Positions 18,542 to 28,380 are shown, counted from the whole stretch's first letter. The stretch is 63,839 nt of DNA, filler included, from Candidatus Zhuqueibacterota bacterium (GCA_016783505.1; 3 parts of 3 records of this genome joined end to end with filler, not necessarily neighbours in it); one strand, 5' to 3'. The notes: a model not told the origin generated them from the sequence alone. Translations and numbers: made by a program.

Positions 18542-21500
18542 ATGAGAAATCATCTTAAATTGATGGTTCTTCTGGCTGCTGGTTTATTGGTGGAGCCATT
18601 GCTCTGTTTAGCCCAATCCCAGGGGGAGCAGGACTTCCTGTATGCCAAACGTCTCTACCAGGATGGTATGGACGATGCCTCCGTGGAACAGCTCAGTCGC
18701 TTTCTGGTCAATTTTCCCCGCAGCGTCTGGGTTCCGGAGGCTCAATTTCTTTTAGGTGAGACCTATTTCCGATTGGGGTCGTTTGAGGATGCCCGGCGGG
18801 CCTATCAACGGCTGGCCGGGGAGCATCCCCGCTCGGAATTTGCCGATCGGGCCCTGTACAAGGTTGGCCTCTGCTTCCAGCGAATGGACCGGCTGGCCGA
18901 TGGGGCCTTCGCCCTTATGCGGCTGAAGGATTTTTATCCTAACAGCGGGCTCACCTCAGGGGCCTTTCTGCTGGCGGCCACTTTCTTTGCCCAGAACGAC
19001 GATCTGGAAGAAGCCGAGCGAACCCTTCGGACGATGCTGGCCGAATACCCCCAGAGCGACCAGTACTTCCGGGCCCGCATCACCCTGGGTCAATTGCTGA
19101 GACGAATGGGAAAACCCAACCAGGCCCTGCGAGAGCTGGGAAAGGTGACCGATAACTGCGAGGACCCGACCGAGGTGGCCTGGGCCCACCTGCTGAAGGC
19201 GGAAATTTTCGCCCAGGAGTGGGAGATGGACCGGGCCAGACAGGAACTGACAAAGATAAGATCCGACTTCCCAAACACCCCGTATTACCATCCGGCCACG
19301 CTAAGATTGGGGGAGCTGGCCCTGCATCAGGGGGCCTTTTCCGAGGCGGAAAAGCTGTTCGACCAGCTCACCCGAGAAACGGATCAGGATTCCCTCCGCG
19401 GTCGGGCACACGAACGGAAAGGGGATGGCTTTTATCTGCAGGGCCGCTATCGCCCGGCAGGGTTGGAATATCAAAAGGTTAAGGAAAAATCCCCCCGGGT
19501 GCACTTCAAGCTGGGGTTGGTCTATGATCAACTGGGCCAGTTTGATCGGGCGGTAATGAGCTGGGATCAGGCTGCCCGCAGGGAAAACCCATGGAAGGAA
19601 TGGGCCCTTCTCCGGTTGACCGGCGGCTGTTCAGAAAAGGGGGACCGGGAACGATCCAACCAATATGGTAAGGCATACCTCAGCTCTTTTCACAATGGGG
19701 AGTCCCGGGATCGGGTCCGCTACCTGATGGGTGAAAATTTTCGGATGGCGGATCAATGGGATGCTGCCCTGAATTCCTTTCAACTCCTGCTTCAGGAGAC
19801 TTCGCTCAGTTCCTTAGCCGACGATGCCGCCTTCGCCCTGGCTCAGGTCTATGAGGAAATGGGGGATGTGGACCATGCTCTGACATTTTACCTAACCGTG
19901 GTGGATAGCTTCGGCGCCGGGGAATTCCGAAAGGCCTCCGAGGATAGAGTCCGTTATTTGAAAACGTTCGTCGTAAAGAGTCCAGATTCTGGACTTAAGA
20001 ATCTGAACTTATTGATCACCGAGACGGTGGAGGGGAGAGAGGGGGGAAAGCTGCTTTTTAACCTGGGAATGCTCTACTTTAAGGACCTTAAAGAGTATGA
20101 AAAGGCCATAGTCCAGTTCAAAAAATCCTTGACCTTCAGCCAGGACATTGAGACCGCCGTTGATGCCTGGTATTATCTGGCCAATTCATACCGATTGCTG
20201 GGTTTGAAAAAGGAATATGAAGGGGATCGTCGGAGGGCGCGTAAATTGAAGAAAAAGGCGGTCATCTACTACCAGGATCTGATCAAAAATTACCCCCGGA
20301 ACCGGTGGTCGGCCGATGCAGCCGCCCAACTGTACGGTGTCCAGTTGGAATTAAAAGGTGGCGAGAGGGTATCTCCCTCTGTAATAGAGGGGTTGGTTCG
20401 GCCTCTAAGGGAGCTGGATAAGCGGGGGAGGTTTAGTGACCTGATCTGGTTCCGGCTGGGGGAATCCTACTTTTACCTGGGGAGGAGAACTCGCAAGGAA
20501 TCGAATCGAAGGGAACATTTTCAGAACGCCGTGACCTATTTTGACAGCCTGATCGTTCAGCAACCGGGCAGTCGGTGGGGGGGGCATGCTGTCTATCAAC
20601 GGGGCTTATCCCATCTGGAACTGGGGGATACGGCGGCGGCAAAAAGTGATTTTGAGGGGGTCGTTTACCATCATCCCCGCAGCCAGTGGGTTCTTCCCAG
20701 CTATCTTGAACTGATCCGACTGGCACAATCCAATTTGGATGAACGGATTTCCTACTATAAGATTATTTCGGAAAAATTATATTACACTCCGGAAGCAAAG
20801 GAGGTCCCTCATAAATTGGCTGCCGCCTATGCGCAAGCAGGGCGCTTTCAGAAAGCGTTGGAAATTTACTTAACACTGGGGGCGGGAGAACCGGATCCGA
20901 TCTGGCCGGGGGAGGGTTACAGGTTCGACTACGAGATCGCCGGCTGTTATGAGGGGATGGGGGATAGCTACCAGGCGGAAAAATATTATAAAAAGGTTTT
21001 AAGCAAGGGTCCAGGAGGTCCTCACTACCATAGTGCACTGTATACGCTGGGTGATCTCTATTATGCTGGTTACCAGCTCGAATTAGCCATTAGAATGTTT
21101 TCGGAACTTCTGGGTTCGGTACCTGAAGCCTATGTAGGTCAGAAGGCCAGGGAGAAATTGGCCGATATCCATTTTCAACTACGGGATTATTCTAAGGCCC
21201 GTGCCCTTTACAGCGAGTTGGTCCAACGGGTCTCAAATCCGGAAATCCTGCGGCACTTAAGGACACGACTCATCATCTGCCTCTACCGAACCGGCGAGTT
21301 AAAAGAGGCCAAAAAGAGGGTGAAAGCCTTTAAGAAGGATTATCCTGACACAAAAGAGGAGATGGCCGGGTTTTATCTTGAAAAGGGGATTTTTCTGGGG
21401 GAAAACAAAGAGTTCGATGAAGCGGAAAAAGCGTTTTTAACCTTAGTTAAGCATTACCCCGAGACGGATGCGGTGGCCAAAGCCAAATATCAGATCGGTC

Positions 21501-22237
21501 GCCTTAAGATCATGAGGAACGATCTTGAAGGGGCGGTAAGCTGGCTAAGAGACATCCCCAAGGATCATCCCCACCATTCGGTGCTGCCCGAACTTTACCT
21601 GACCCTGGGGACTCTTTACTATCGCCTTGGGGATTATCCGGGGGCGGTGAAGGCTTACAAATGGGTTGTGGAGAATGGGGGGACGGGGGAAATGGTGCCC
21701 ATCGCCATGAATAATCTGATCGGAACTTACAAAGAGATGAAATACTGGGAAGCCGCTCTGGACCTGACCGAGGATTATCTGGCCCGCTTTCCGGAGTCTG
21801 AGGACGCTTTTCAGAAAAAGATGGAAATTGGGAGTCTCTACCGAAATATGAAGGACTATGACTTTGCCATTTCTACCTACCGGGACCTTTTGCCCGATGC
21901 CGGCAGCGAGGACGAAGCGGCTCTCCAATTCTACATTGGGGAATGTTACTATCATAAAGGCCAGTATGAACAGGCGGTGCTGGAGTTTTTAAAGGTGAAA
22001 TACCTGGGGAAACGGACCAAGCTGGACTGGGCGGTAACCGCTCTGTATAATGCCGGGATGTCCTACGAACGTCTACACAAATACGATCAGGCGGAGCGCA
22101 TCTACAATCAGATCATTGACCAGTACGGGGCCGAATCCAACTACGGCCGCGGAGCCAGGAAACGCCTTCAGGAAATGAAATCGTTGAGGGAAAAAAGGGG
22201 TAAAGATAGTCGGTTATTCCGCAATAAGAATCAGTAG
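18542..22237 (+). CDS. Large secreted tetratricopeptide-repeat protein
   Basis: Signal peptide; many YbgF/BamD-like TPR pairs (..YP.S..A..A). Confidence 0.9.
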   Translation: MRNHLKLMVLLAAGLLVEPLLCLAQSQGEQDFLYAKRLYQDGMDDASVEQLSRFLVNFPRSVWVPEAQFLLGETYFRLGSFEDARRAYQRLAGEHPRSEFADRALYKVGLCFQRMDRLADGAFALMRLKDFYPNSGLTSGAFLLAATFFAQNDDLEEAERTLRTMLAEYPQSDQYFRARITLGQLLRRMGKPNQALRELGKVTDNCEDPTEVAWAHLLKAEIFAQEWEMDRARQELTKIRSDFPNTPYYHPATLRLGELALHQGAFSEAEKLFDQLTRETDQDSLRGRAHERKGDGFYLQGRYRPAGLEYQKVKEKSPRVHFKLGLVYDQLGQFDRAVMSWDQAARRENPWKEWALLRLTGGCSEKGDRERSNQYGKAYLSSFHNGESRDRVRYLMGENFRMADQWDAALNSFQLLLQETSLSSLADDAAFALAQVYEEMGDVDHALTFYLTVVDSFGAGEFRKASEDRVRYLKTFVVKSPDSGLKNLNLLITETVEGREGGKLLFNLGMLYFKDLKEYEKAIVQFKKSLTFSQDIETAVDAWYYLANSYRLLGLKKEYEGDRRRARKLKKKAVIYYQDLIKNYPRNRWSADAAAQLYGVQLELKGGERVSPSVIEGLVRPLRELDKRGRFSDLIWFRLGESYFYLGRRTRKESNRREHFQNAVTYFDSLIVQQPGSRWGGHAVYQRGLSHLELGDTAAAKSDFEGVVYHHPRSQWVLPSYLELIRLAQSNLDERISYYKIISEKLYYTPEAKEVPHKLAAAYAQAGRFQKALEIYLTLGAGEPDPIWPGEGYRFDYEIAGCYEGMGDSYQAEKYYKKVLSKGPGGPHYHSALYTLGDLYYAGYQLELAIRMFSELLGSVPEAYVGQKAREKLADIHFQLRDYSKARALYSELVQRVSNPEILRHLRTRLIICLYRTGELKEAKKRVKAFKKDYPDTKEEMAGFYLEKGIFLGENKEFDEAEKAFLTLVKHYPETDAVAKAKYQIGRLKIMRNDLEGAVSWLRDIPKDHPHHSVLPELYLTLGTLYYRLGDYPGAVKAYKWVVENGGTGEMVPIAMNNLIGTYKEMKYWEAALDLTEDYLARFPESEDAFQKKMEIGSLYRNMKDYDFAISTYRDLLPDAGSEDEAALQFYIGECYYHKGQYEQAVLEFLKVKYLGKRTKLDWAVTALYNAGMSYERLHKYDQAERIYNQIIDQYGAESNYGRGARKRLQEMKSLREKRGKDSRLFRNKNQ

Positions 22238-22372
22238 TTTTACGGATTGACATGGACAACTAAAAATTGCATTTAACAAAATGCCTGTTTATTTTTCCCT
22301 TGATTATGATTCGTAAATTCAATATATTTATGATAGAATGCAAAACAGAAATATAATAACCAGGGGTTTCCA

Positions 22373-22609
22373 ATGAAAGAGAATTCAACAATTACAAAAG
22401 TCATTTTAGAGGAAGTTAAGGGGCTTTCCGAAGAGGAAGGAAAGAAGATTTTAGATTTTATTCAAAGGTTTAAGTACAGTACAAAATTGAAAAAATCACC
22501 CCTTAAACCAAATAGACAGGATCCATTGGAGAATGTGATTGGATGCTGTGATGGTCCCACAGACCTTTCAAAGAAACATGACCTCTATATTTATGGCAAC
22601 AGTTTATGA
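22373..22609 (+). CDS. Putative antitoxin (VapB role)
   Basis: ATGA overlap with PIN gene; C-terminal DLSKKHDLYIYG. Confidence 0.75.
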   Translation: MKENSTITKVILEEVKGLSEEEGKKILDFIQRFKYSTKLKKSPLKPNRQDPLENVIGCCDGPTDLSKKHDLYIYGNSL

Positions 22610-23025
22610 TATTCATTGATACTTGGGCATGGCTGGGGATGGCTGATAAAAATGACAGTTATCACCAAAAGGCCACTGCTTTATACCGTCGACTCAAAAG
22701 TGAAGCCGTTCAATATGTGACCTCAGATTATGTGTTGGATGAGGTGATTACCGCTTTATTTCGGGCAGTTCCGTTTGAACAGGCTGTTCGATTTATTGAG
22801 GCTATCGTTAAATTGAGAGACGGTAATAAGCTCATCATAGAGCCGGTAACCCCCATTATATTTGATGATGCTTGGACATTACGTAAGAAATATCAGGATA
22901 AACCGGTTATTTCCTCCACTGATTTTACCTCCTTTTCCATCATGCGCAAGCTTAATATTAGCCGGGTTTTTACGGGGGATGTTCATTTTGAGTCGGTGAA
23001 TCTGGGATTTGTATTGGAAAAATAA
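22606..23025 (+). CDS. vapC: PIN-domain VapC toxin
   Basis: IFIDTWAW, SDYVLDE, STDFTSF, FTGDVHF. Confidence 0.9.
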   Translation: MIFIDTWAWLGMADKNDSYHQKATALYRRLKSEAVQYVTSDYVLDEVITALFRAVPFEQAVRFIEAIVKLRDGNKLIIEPVTPIIFDDAWTLRKKYQDKPVISSTDFTSFSIMRKLNISRVFTGDVHFESVNLGFVLEK

Positions 23026-23026
23026 G

Positions 23027-23200
23027 TCATTGACCAATATGGGCCGAATCCAACTATGGCCGCGGGGTCAGGAAACGCCTTCAAGAAATGAAGTCTTCAA
23101 GGGAAAAAGGGGGTGAAGATAACCGGTGAGTCCGAAATAAAAATTACCAGTTTTGCGGATTGACATTAATGACGAAAAATTGTATTAAAAAAAGGCCTAT
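23027..23200 (+). pseudogene. Diverged second copy of the TPR gene 3' end and downstream spacer (22113-22289)
   Basis: Direct alignment by eye; 1-nt deletion; many third-position differences. Confidence 0.9.
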
Positions 23201-23229
23201 TCATTCATCTTGAGTAGGCCTTTTTTTTT
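23183..23229. terminator. Bidirectional-type terminator, duplicated at 25840-25879
   Basis: aaaaggccta.tcattcatcttgag.taggcctttt; the copies differ by 1 nt in the core. Confidence 0.85.
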
Positions 23230-23433
23230 GGAAACTGTTAACTTAACTGTCGCTAATTTGTATATATAGGAATCTCAACTCCAAGCTCCAGATGGTTTTT
23301 GATATACTCCAGGAACACCGCAAACCGAGCAAATCTAAATAGCCTCCAAAATAACCAGCCCATAATCTCCGCAGGTAAAACCACATAAAAACTAATTATA
23401 TACGGTAGACCCCCAAAAAAATTAATTTTTTTC

Positions 23434-23462
23434 TTGACAATATCCAAATAAATTGTTATCTT
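23434..23462 (+). promoter_or_regulatory. Sigma70-like promoter
   Basis: TTGACA-17-TATCTT with extended TG. Confidence 0.6.
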
Positions 23463-23877
23463 ACATCGAAAGATATTACTTAAGATATGAATCTGACCCG
23501 ATTAGCCTCTCAAAAAATATCCCTGTTAAACAATGATGCTTGAAAAGCTATCATTGGTTTGCCTATCAAAATATCTACCCAAGATGAGGCTTTCAAGGGT
23601 TTATTTATTATCTGCCCTTAAATCTTAACTTGATATTACGAACCCCTAACGGTTGTATTGAAACTGGATGGGGTTTCTTCTTAAAGTATTTTCTTTGAAG
23701 AGATTCTGGATATTTTCGTCTCCTCAACTTCAAAAGAGTTTCTGCCTAACCAGTTTCATCCATCTGTAAAATTAGCGAAAAAATTCTTGTTTTTCTCAGT
23801 GTAATTCATTATTACATCCAATACTGAACGTTTATTCGTGGAACATTCCTAATGGGATCAACCTGAAGGAGGTTTGT

Positions 23878-24432
23878 ATGTATATAATTGCAATTTTGGG
23901 TGCTACAACGCTCTTGTTTTCCATATGGATAATTCAGGGAGAACTAAGATTTAATAAAGTCATTAAAAAAGATGACGGAAATAATGTTAAAAGTTTTTTA
24001 GGAGAAAGTATAATTAAGTTCATTAATAAAGCACATACGGAATTATTAGCTATGTCAGGTCCGACATGCATAAATATTTTGGAGAGAAATGCTAATTTAG
24101 TAAAAAAAGCTCTCTTGTCGAATCCGGAATTGAAAATGAAGATAATTACGAGATCAGACTCAGATTTTGAAAATTCAAACGAACTCAGTGAAATTTTCAA
24201 GCTACCCGAAATAGAAAAAAGGGTCGAAATTTTTAGATTGAAGGAAGGGATAATACCGACTCAACACTTTGTATTGATTGACAAAAAGCACCTTCTGGTT
24301 TCCAATGTTGATAAAAAAGGGGAACCGTTGATAGCATTTTCTATGTTTAGAAATAAGGCGAAAGCTAAACAGTTTCGGGATCAATTTTCCCGATTACATA
24401 AGACACTTGATTTAGTTAAACTCGAGTTCTGA
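23878..24432 (+). CDS. Membrane-anchored protein with degenerate phospholipase D-like fold
   Basis: RBS aggagg; N-terminal TM; INKAHTELLAMS..MKIITR..QHFVLIDKKHLLVS (no intact HxK). Confidence 0.5.
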   Translation: MYIIAILGATTLLFSIWIIQGELRFNKVIKKDDGNNVKSFLGESIIKFINKAHTELLAMSGPTCINILERNANLVKKALLSNPELKMKIITRSDSDFENSNELSEIFKLPEIEKRVEIFRLKEGIIPTQHFVLIDKKHLLVSNVDKKGEPLIAFSMFRNKAKAKQFRDQFSRLHKTLDLVKLEF

Positions 24433-24458
24433 ATAAATATCCAAAACATGAGGGATAA

Positions 24459-24815
24459 ATGGAAGAAGTGATTGAGAAAATTGGTTTTCAATTAAGTAAT
24501 TTAATTAATTGGGTTTTGGCCGCAATAGGTGCAGTTGTAATAAACCTGAAAATCCTTACATCAAGAAGAGATGTATATTTGGAGCGGCACTTAATATTGC
24601 TATTCTGGATTGGGACATTTTTTGTCATTACCTTATTTATTTTAGGATTATATTTAATCTTCTCACACAATATAAATAATATTATGGTTTTAATTGTATG
24701 TATTCCTCTCTTTTTATTCATAATAACCTGGTTTGCTTATAAACATTATCCTATAAAGCAAGGAGAAAAAGAAGTTTCACCTAAAGATCCAGAAGAAGCC
24801 CTCCAAACAAATTAA
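24459..24815 (+). CDS. Small 3-TM membrane protein
   Basis: RBS gagg; three hydrophobic segments; AT-rich. Confidence 0.7.
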   Translation: MEEVIEKIGFQLSNLINWVLAAIGAVVINLKILTSRRDVYLERHLILLFWIGTFFVITLFILGLYLIFSHNINNIMVLIVCIPLFLFIITWFAYKHYPIKQGEKEVSPKDPEEALQTN

Positions 24816-24897
24816 TTCCTAATGTGAAAATAGTTCTTTTAATTAATCTGTATTATATTGCAACCAAAAGTATCATTGTTTGGGTTGAAATTTAAGA

Positions 24898-25602
24898 TTG
24901 TCGAGAGACGAAATGTATTTTACTGAATTTACAATACGTATATTATTTTTATTTTTACCGGGAATAATTACATATTTAATAATTGAATCTTTAACAGTTA
25001 TTAAAGAACGGAAGGTTTTTTACTTCATTATTTATTCATTTGTTTTAGGATTTATTGCATATTTTACTTTCTATCTCGTTCTCCTTTTATCTACAGTATT
25101 TTATGACTTCTGTATTGAAAGCAAGTTTAAATTTTTTAAAGCTCTTTTAGATCCAAAGGTAAGTTTAGATATTACTGAAATATTTTTTGTTAGTATAATT
25201 GCAATAATTAATGGCTTTATTTTGTCATATATGATAAATAGAAAATCATTACATCGAACCGCACAAAGTCTTCGTATAACAAAAAAATTTGCAGAAATTG
25301 ACGTTTGGGATTTATTGTTTAATTCATCTGACGATGAGATGAAATGGGTTTTAATTAGAGATATTAAAAATGATTTAATTTATGAAGGGTGGATTGAAGC
25401 TTTTTCAGATACTGTGAAAGAAAACGAGTTATTTATTAGAGACGTAATCGTATATCAAAATTCCACTGATCAAGAATTGTATAAAGTCCCAGGCCTATAT
25501 TTAGCACGTAATAGAGATGAAATAACAATTGAATTTCCAGCATTACCGTTTAGCAATGGTTCAATGAGTTCTCATACTAATCAAAAAGAGGGAGTATCCT
25601 AA
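24898..25602 (+). CDS. DUF6338-like membrane protein (3 TM + C-terminal beta domain); start may be ATG 24913
   Basis: LFLPG near the N-terminus; VWDLLF..WVLIRD...IYEGW..FSD....ELFIRDV..GLYL. Confidence 0.65.
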   Translation: MSRDEMYFTEFTIRILFLFLPGIITYLIIESLTVIKERKVFYFIIYSFVLGFIAYFTFYLVLLLSTVFYDFCIESKFKFFKALLDPKVSLDITEIFFVSIIAIINGFILSYMINRKSLHRTAQSLRITKKFAEIDVWDLLFNSSDDEMKWVLIRDIKNDLIYEGWIEAFSDTVKENELFIRDVIVYQNSTDQELYKVPGLYLARNRDEITIEFPALPFSNGSMSSHTNQKEGVS

Positions 25603-25603
25603 A

Positions 25604-25711
25604 ATGATTAAAAAAAGACTTACCGAAGGTAAAATTGTAAAGGGAGGTAAAAATAAACCGCCTTCAACACCAAGACCTTCGCATCCCAAAAAACAAGAAC
25701 GCAAAGAATAG
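25604..25711 (+). CDS. 35-aa basic Pro-rich micropeptide (not in ORF track)
   Basis: MIKKRLTEGKIVKGGKNKPPSTPRPSHPKKQERKE; RBS gagggag 9 nt upstream; starts 1 nt after the previous stop. Confidence 0.65.
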   Translation: MIKKRLTEGKIVKGGKNKPPSTPRPSHPKKQERKE

Positions 25712-25897
25712 AGAAAAAGCGCATAACAGATTTATGGTTTCGCTAACTCTTTCTTACTGAATCCAAATGCAGTTGATCCCAATAGTAGAAGTAGTTGAAC
25801 AAACCAATTAAAAGATTCTCAAATAATTCATCCCGATTTTATTAAAAAGGCCTATCCATTCATCTTGAGTAGGCCTTTTGTTTTTTAAGTTTTTCTC

Positions 25898-25926
25898 TTG
25901 ATTCTTTCCCATTAATTTTGTAATAT
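25898..25926 (+). promoter_or_regulatory. Sigma70-like promoter of the LVIVD gene
   Basis: TTGATT-17-TAATAT. Confidence 0.5.
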
Positions 25927-26071
25927 AAAGACAAGACAAACCAATTCCTATAGATCTGATTCTGGACTGGATAGCCTCTTAAAATTACCCCTGTTAAACT
26001 ACTGATCCTGGTAGGGCTATATTTGGTTAGACCCGCCCTACAAAATTAAACTAACAAATGAGGAGGTCATA

Positions 26072-28180
26072 ATGTTATTGAAAAATGGTAAAATCTTAGG
26101 GACAGTAATGATTGCAATCTTATTTTGCAGTCTTGCTTTTGGTCAGAATAACAGACCAGCAAATGTGCCCCCGGAACAGCTCCCATCAAGGGATATTCGC
26201 CACCATATAAATTTCACACCGCAGGAGACTTTTCAAGCCTTAGACGATAGTAATACTACACTAATAGGACGGTGGGCAAATGGTCCCTGTTATGCCGTGG
26301 ATGTATCGGGTAACATTGCCTATTTTGGTAATGGGGGCTATCTTGAAGTTGTGGATATTTCTAATCCGGCAAATCCCGTTGAATTAGGAAATATAGTAAC
26401 TCCGTCATTAGTTAGCGGTGTTGCCGTCAGCGACAGTTATGCCTATGTGGCCGATGGGGAGGATGGTTTACGCATCATTGACGTCACCGCCCCTTCCTCC
26501 CCGCAAGAAGTGGGCTTCTTTGACACGGGTGACTATGCTAAAGGCGTTGCCTTCAGCGGCAGTTACGCCTATGTGGCCGATTGGGATGATGGTTTACGCA
26601 TCATTGACGTCTCCACCCCTTCCTCTCCGCAAGAAGTGGGCTTCTTTGATACGGGTGGCGATGCTTTTGGCGTTGCCGTCAGCGGCAGTTACGCCTATGT
26701 GGCCGATGGGGGGGATGGTTTACGCATCATTGACGTCTCCACCCCTTCCTCTCCGCAAGAAGTGGGCTTCTTTGATACGGGTAGCTATGCTTATGGTGTT
26801 GCCGTCAGCGGCAGTTACGCCTATGTGGCCGATGGGTCTGCTGGTTTACGCATCATTGACGTCTCCGCCACTTCCTCTCCGCAAGAAGTGGGCTTCTTTG
26901 ATACGGGTAGCATAGCTAAAGGTGTTGCCGTCAGCGGCAGTTACGCCTATGTGGCTGATGTGTTTGCTGGTTTACGCATCATTGATGTCTCCACCCCGTC
27001 CTCGCCGCAAGAGGTGGGCTTCTTTGATACGGGTGGCAGTCCTAATGACGTTGCCGTCAGCGGCAGTTACGCCTATGTGGCTGATGTGTTTGCTGGTTTA
27101 CGCATCATTGATGTCTCCACCCCGTCCTCGCCGCAAGAGGTGGGCTTCTTTGATACGGGTGGCAGTGCTAATGACGTTGCCATCAGCGGCAGTTACACCT
27201 ATGTGGCCGATGGGTGGGATGGTTTACGCATCATTGACGTCACCATCCCGTCCTCGCCGCAAGAAGTGGGCTTTTTTGATACGGGGTATGACGATGCTGT
27301 AGGCGTTGCGGTCAGCGACAGTTACGCCTATGTGGCCTATGGGTATGATGGTTTACGCATCATTGACGTCTCCAACCCTTCCGCTCCGGGAGAAGTGGTC
27401 TTCTTTGATACGGGTGGCTGGGCTTATGGCGTTGCGGTGAGTGTCAGTTACGCCTATGTGGCCGATGGGTCTGCTGGTTTACGCATCATCGACGTCTCCA
27501 CCCCTTCCTCGCCGCAGGAAGTGGGTTTCTTTGATACGGGTGGCTCTGCTCGCGGTGTTGCCGTCAGCGGCAGTTACGCCTATGTGGCTGATGGGGAGGA
27601 TGGTTTACGCATCATTGACGTCTCCACCCCTTCCTCTCCGCAAGAGGTGGGTTTCTTTGATACGGGTGGCTATGCTTTGGGCGTTGCCGTCAGCGGCAGT
27701 TACGCCTATGTGGCCGATGGGTTGGATGGCTTACGCATCATTGACGTCTCCACCTCTTCCTCGCCGCAGGAAGTGGGTTTCTTTGATACGGGTGGCTATG
27801 CTAAAGGCGTTGCCGTCAGCGGCAGTTACGCCTATGTGGCCGATGGGGAGGATGGTATGTATATTATACAGAACGATCTACTATTAGTTATTAATGAAGA
27901 GTCCAGCTATTCCCCAGAGAGTTTCTTCTTAGCTCAAAATTATCCCAATCCATTCAATCCAATCACCACCATCAAATACGGCCTTCCCAAGGAATCAAAG
28001 GTAACCCTGAAGGTATTTGACATCCTCGGGCGTGAAGTGGCCACATTGGTTGATGAACATCAAACTGCCGGTTACCACCAGATAAATTGGGATGCATCGG
28101 GTCATTCATCTGGAATTTATTTTTATCAAATTAAAGCGGGGGAGTTTCAGAAGATCCGGAAGATGATTCTTTTGAAATAA
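26072..28180 (+). CDS. LVIVD-repeat beta-propeller protein with T9SS-type C-terminal domain
   Basis: Signal peptide; 42-aa repeats [41 protein letters not shown]. Confidence 0.92.
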   Translation: MLLKNGKILGTVMIAILFCSLAFGQNNRPANVPPEQLPSRDIRHHINFTPQETFQALDDSNTTLIGRWANGPCYAVDVSGNIAYFGNGGYLEVVDISNPANPVELGNIVTPSLVSGVAVSDSYAYVADGEDGLRIIDVTAPSSPQEVGFFDTGDYAKGVAFSGSYAYVADWDDGLRIIDVSTPSSPQEVGFFDTGGDAFGVAVSGSYAYVADGGDGLRIIDVSTPSSPQEVGFFDTGSYAYGVAVSGSYAYVADGSAGLRIIDVSATSSPQEVGFFDTGSIAKGVAVSGSYAYVADVFAGLRIIDVSTPSSPQEVGFFDTGGSPNDVAVSGSYAYVADVFAGLRIIDVSTPSSPQEVGFFDTGGSANDVAISGSYTYVADGWDGLRIIDVTIPSSPQEVGFFDTGYDDAVGVAVSDSYAYVAYGYDGLRIIDVSNPSAPGEVVFFDTGGWAYGVAVSVSYAYVADGSAGLRIIDVSTPSSPQEVGFFDTGGSARGVAVSGSYAYVADGEDGLRIIDVSTPSSPQEVGFFDTGGYALGVAVSGSYAYVADGLDGLRIIDVSTSSSPQEVGFFDTGGYAKGVAVSGSYAYVADGEDGMYIIQNDLLLVINEESSYSPESFFLAQNYPNPFNPITTIKYGLPKESKVTLKVFDILGREVATLVDEHQTAGYHQINWDASGHSSGIYFYQIKAGEFQKIRKMILLK
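26418..27860 (+). repeat. Intragenic tandem array of about 12 x 126-bp units
   Basis: Unit starts near 26420, 26546, 26672, 26798, 26924, 27050, 27176, 27305, 27431, 27557, 27683, 27809. Confidence 0.95.
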
Positions 28181-28204
28181 GCTCCTATTAGCCGGAAGTT
28201 TTGT

Positions 28205-28241
28205 AAAAAGCCAGTCCCTCTGAATTGGGGGCTGGCTTTTT
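28205..28241 (+). terminator. Intrinsic terminator
   Basis: aaaaagccagtccc..ggggctggcttttt. Confidence 0.8.
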
Positions 28242-28380
28242 CTTTGGGGGTTCACCCCAAAATTTATCCAATCTTTTCTTTGGATTCTCTGCGGAATTCT
28301 GCGTTCTCTGTGTTCAAAAAAGTTGTTGACATCCTTCATTTAAATTATTAAATTGTCTGGTGCAAAGTTTTGTCACATTT

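Noticed and set aside
25712-25800. Integron attC site after the micropeptide (GCATAAC)
   Set aside because: Only an R''-like box; I found no matching L boxes or R' end, and no integron integrase
26418-27860. CRISPR array or DGR
   Set aside because: The repeats are in-frame coding units without spacers; no cas gene, RT or template repeat is in the window
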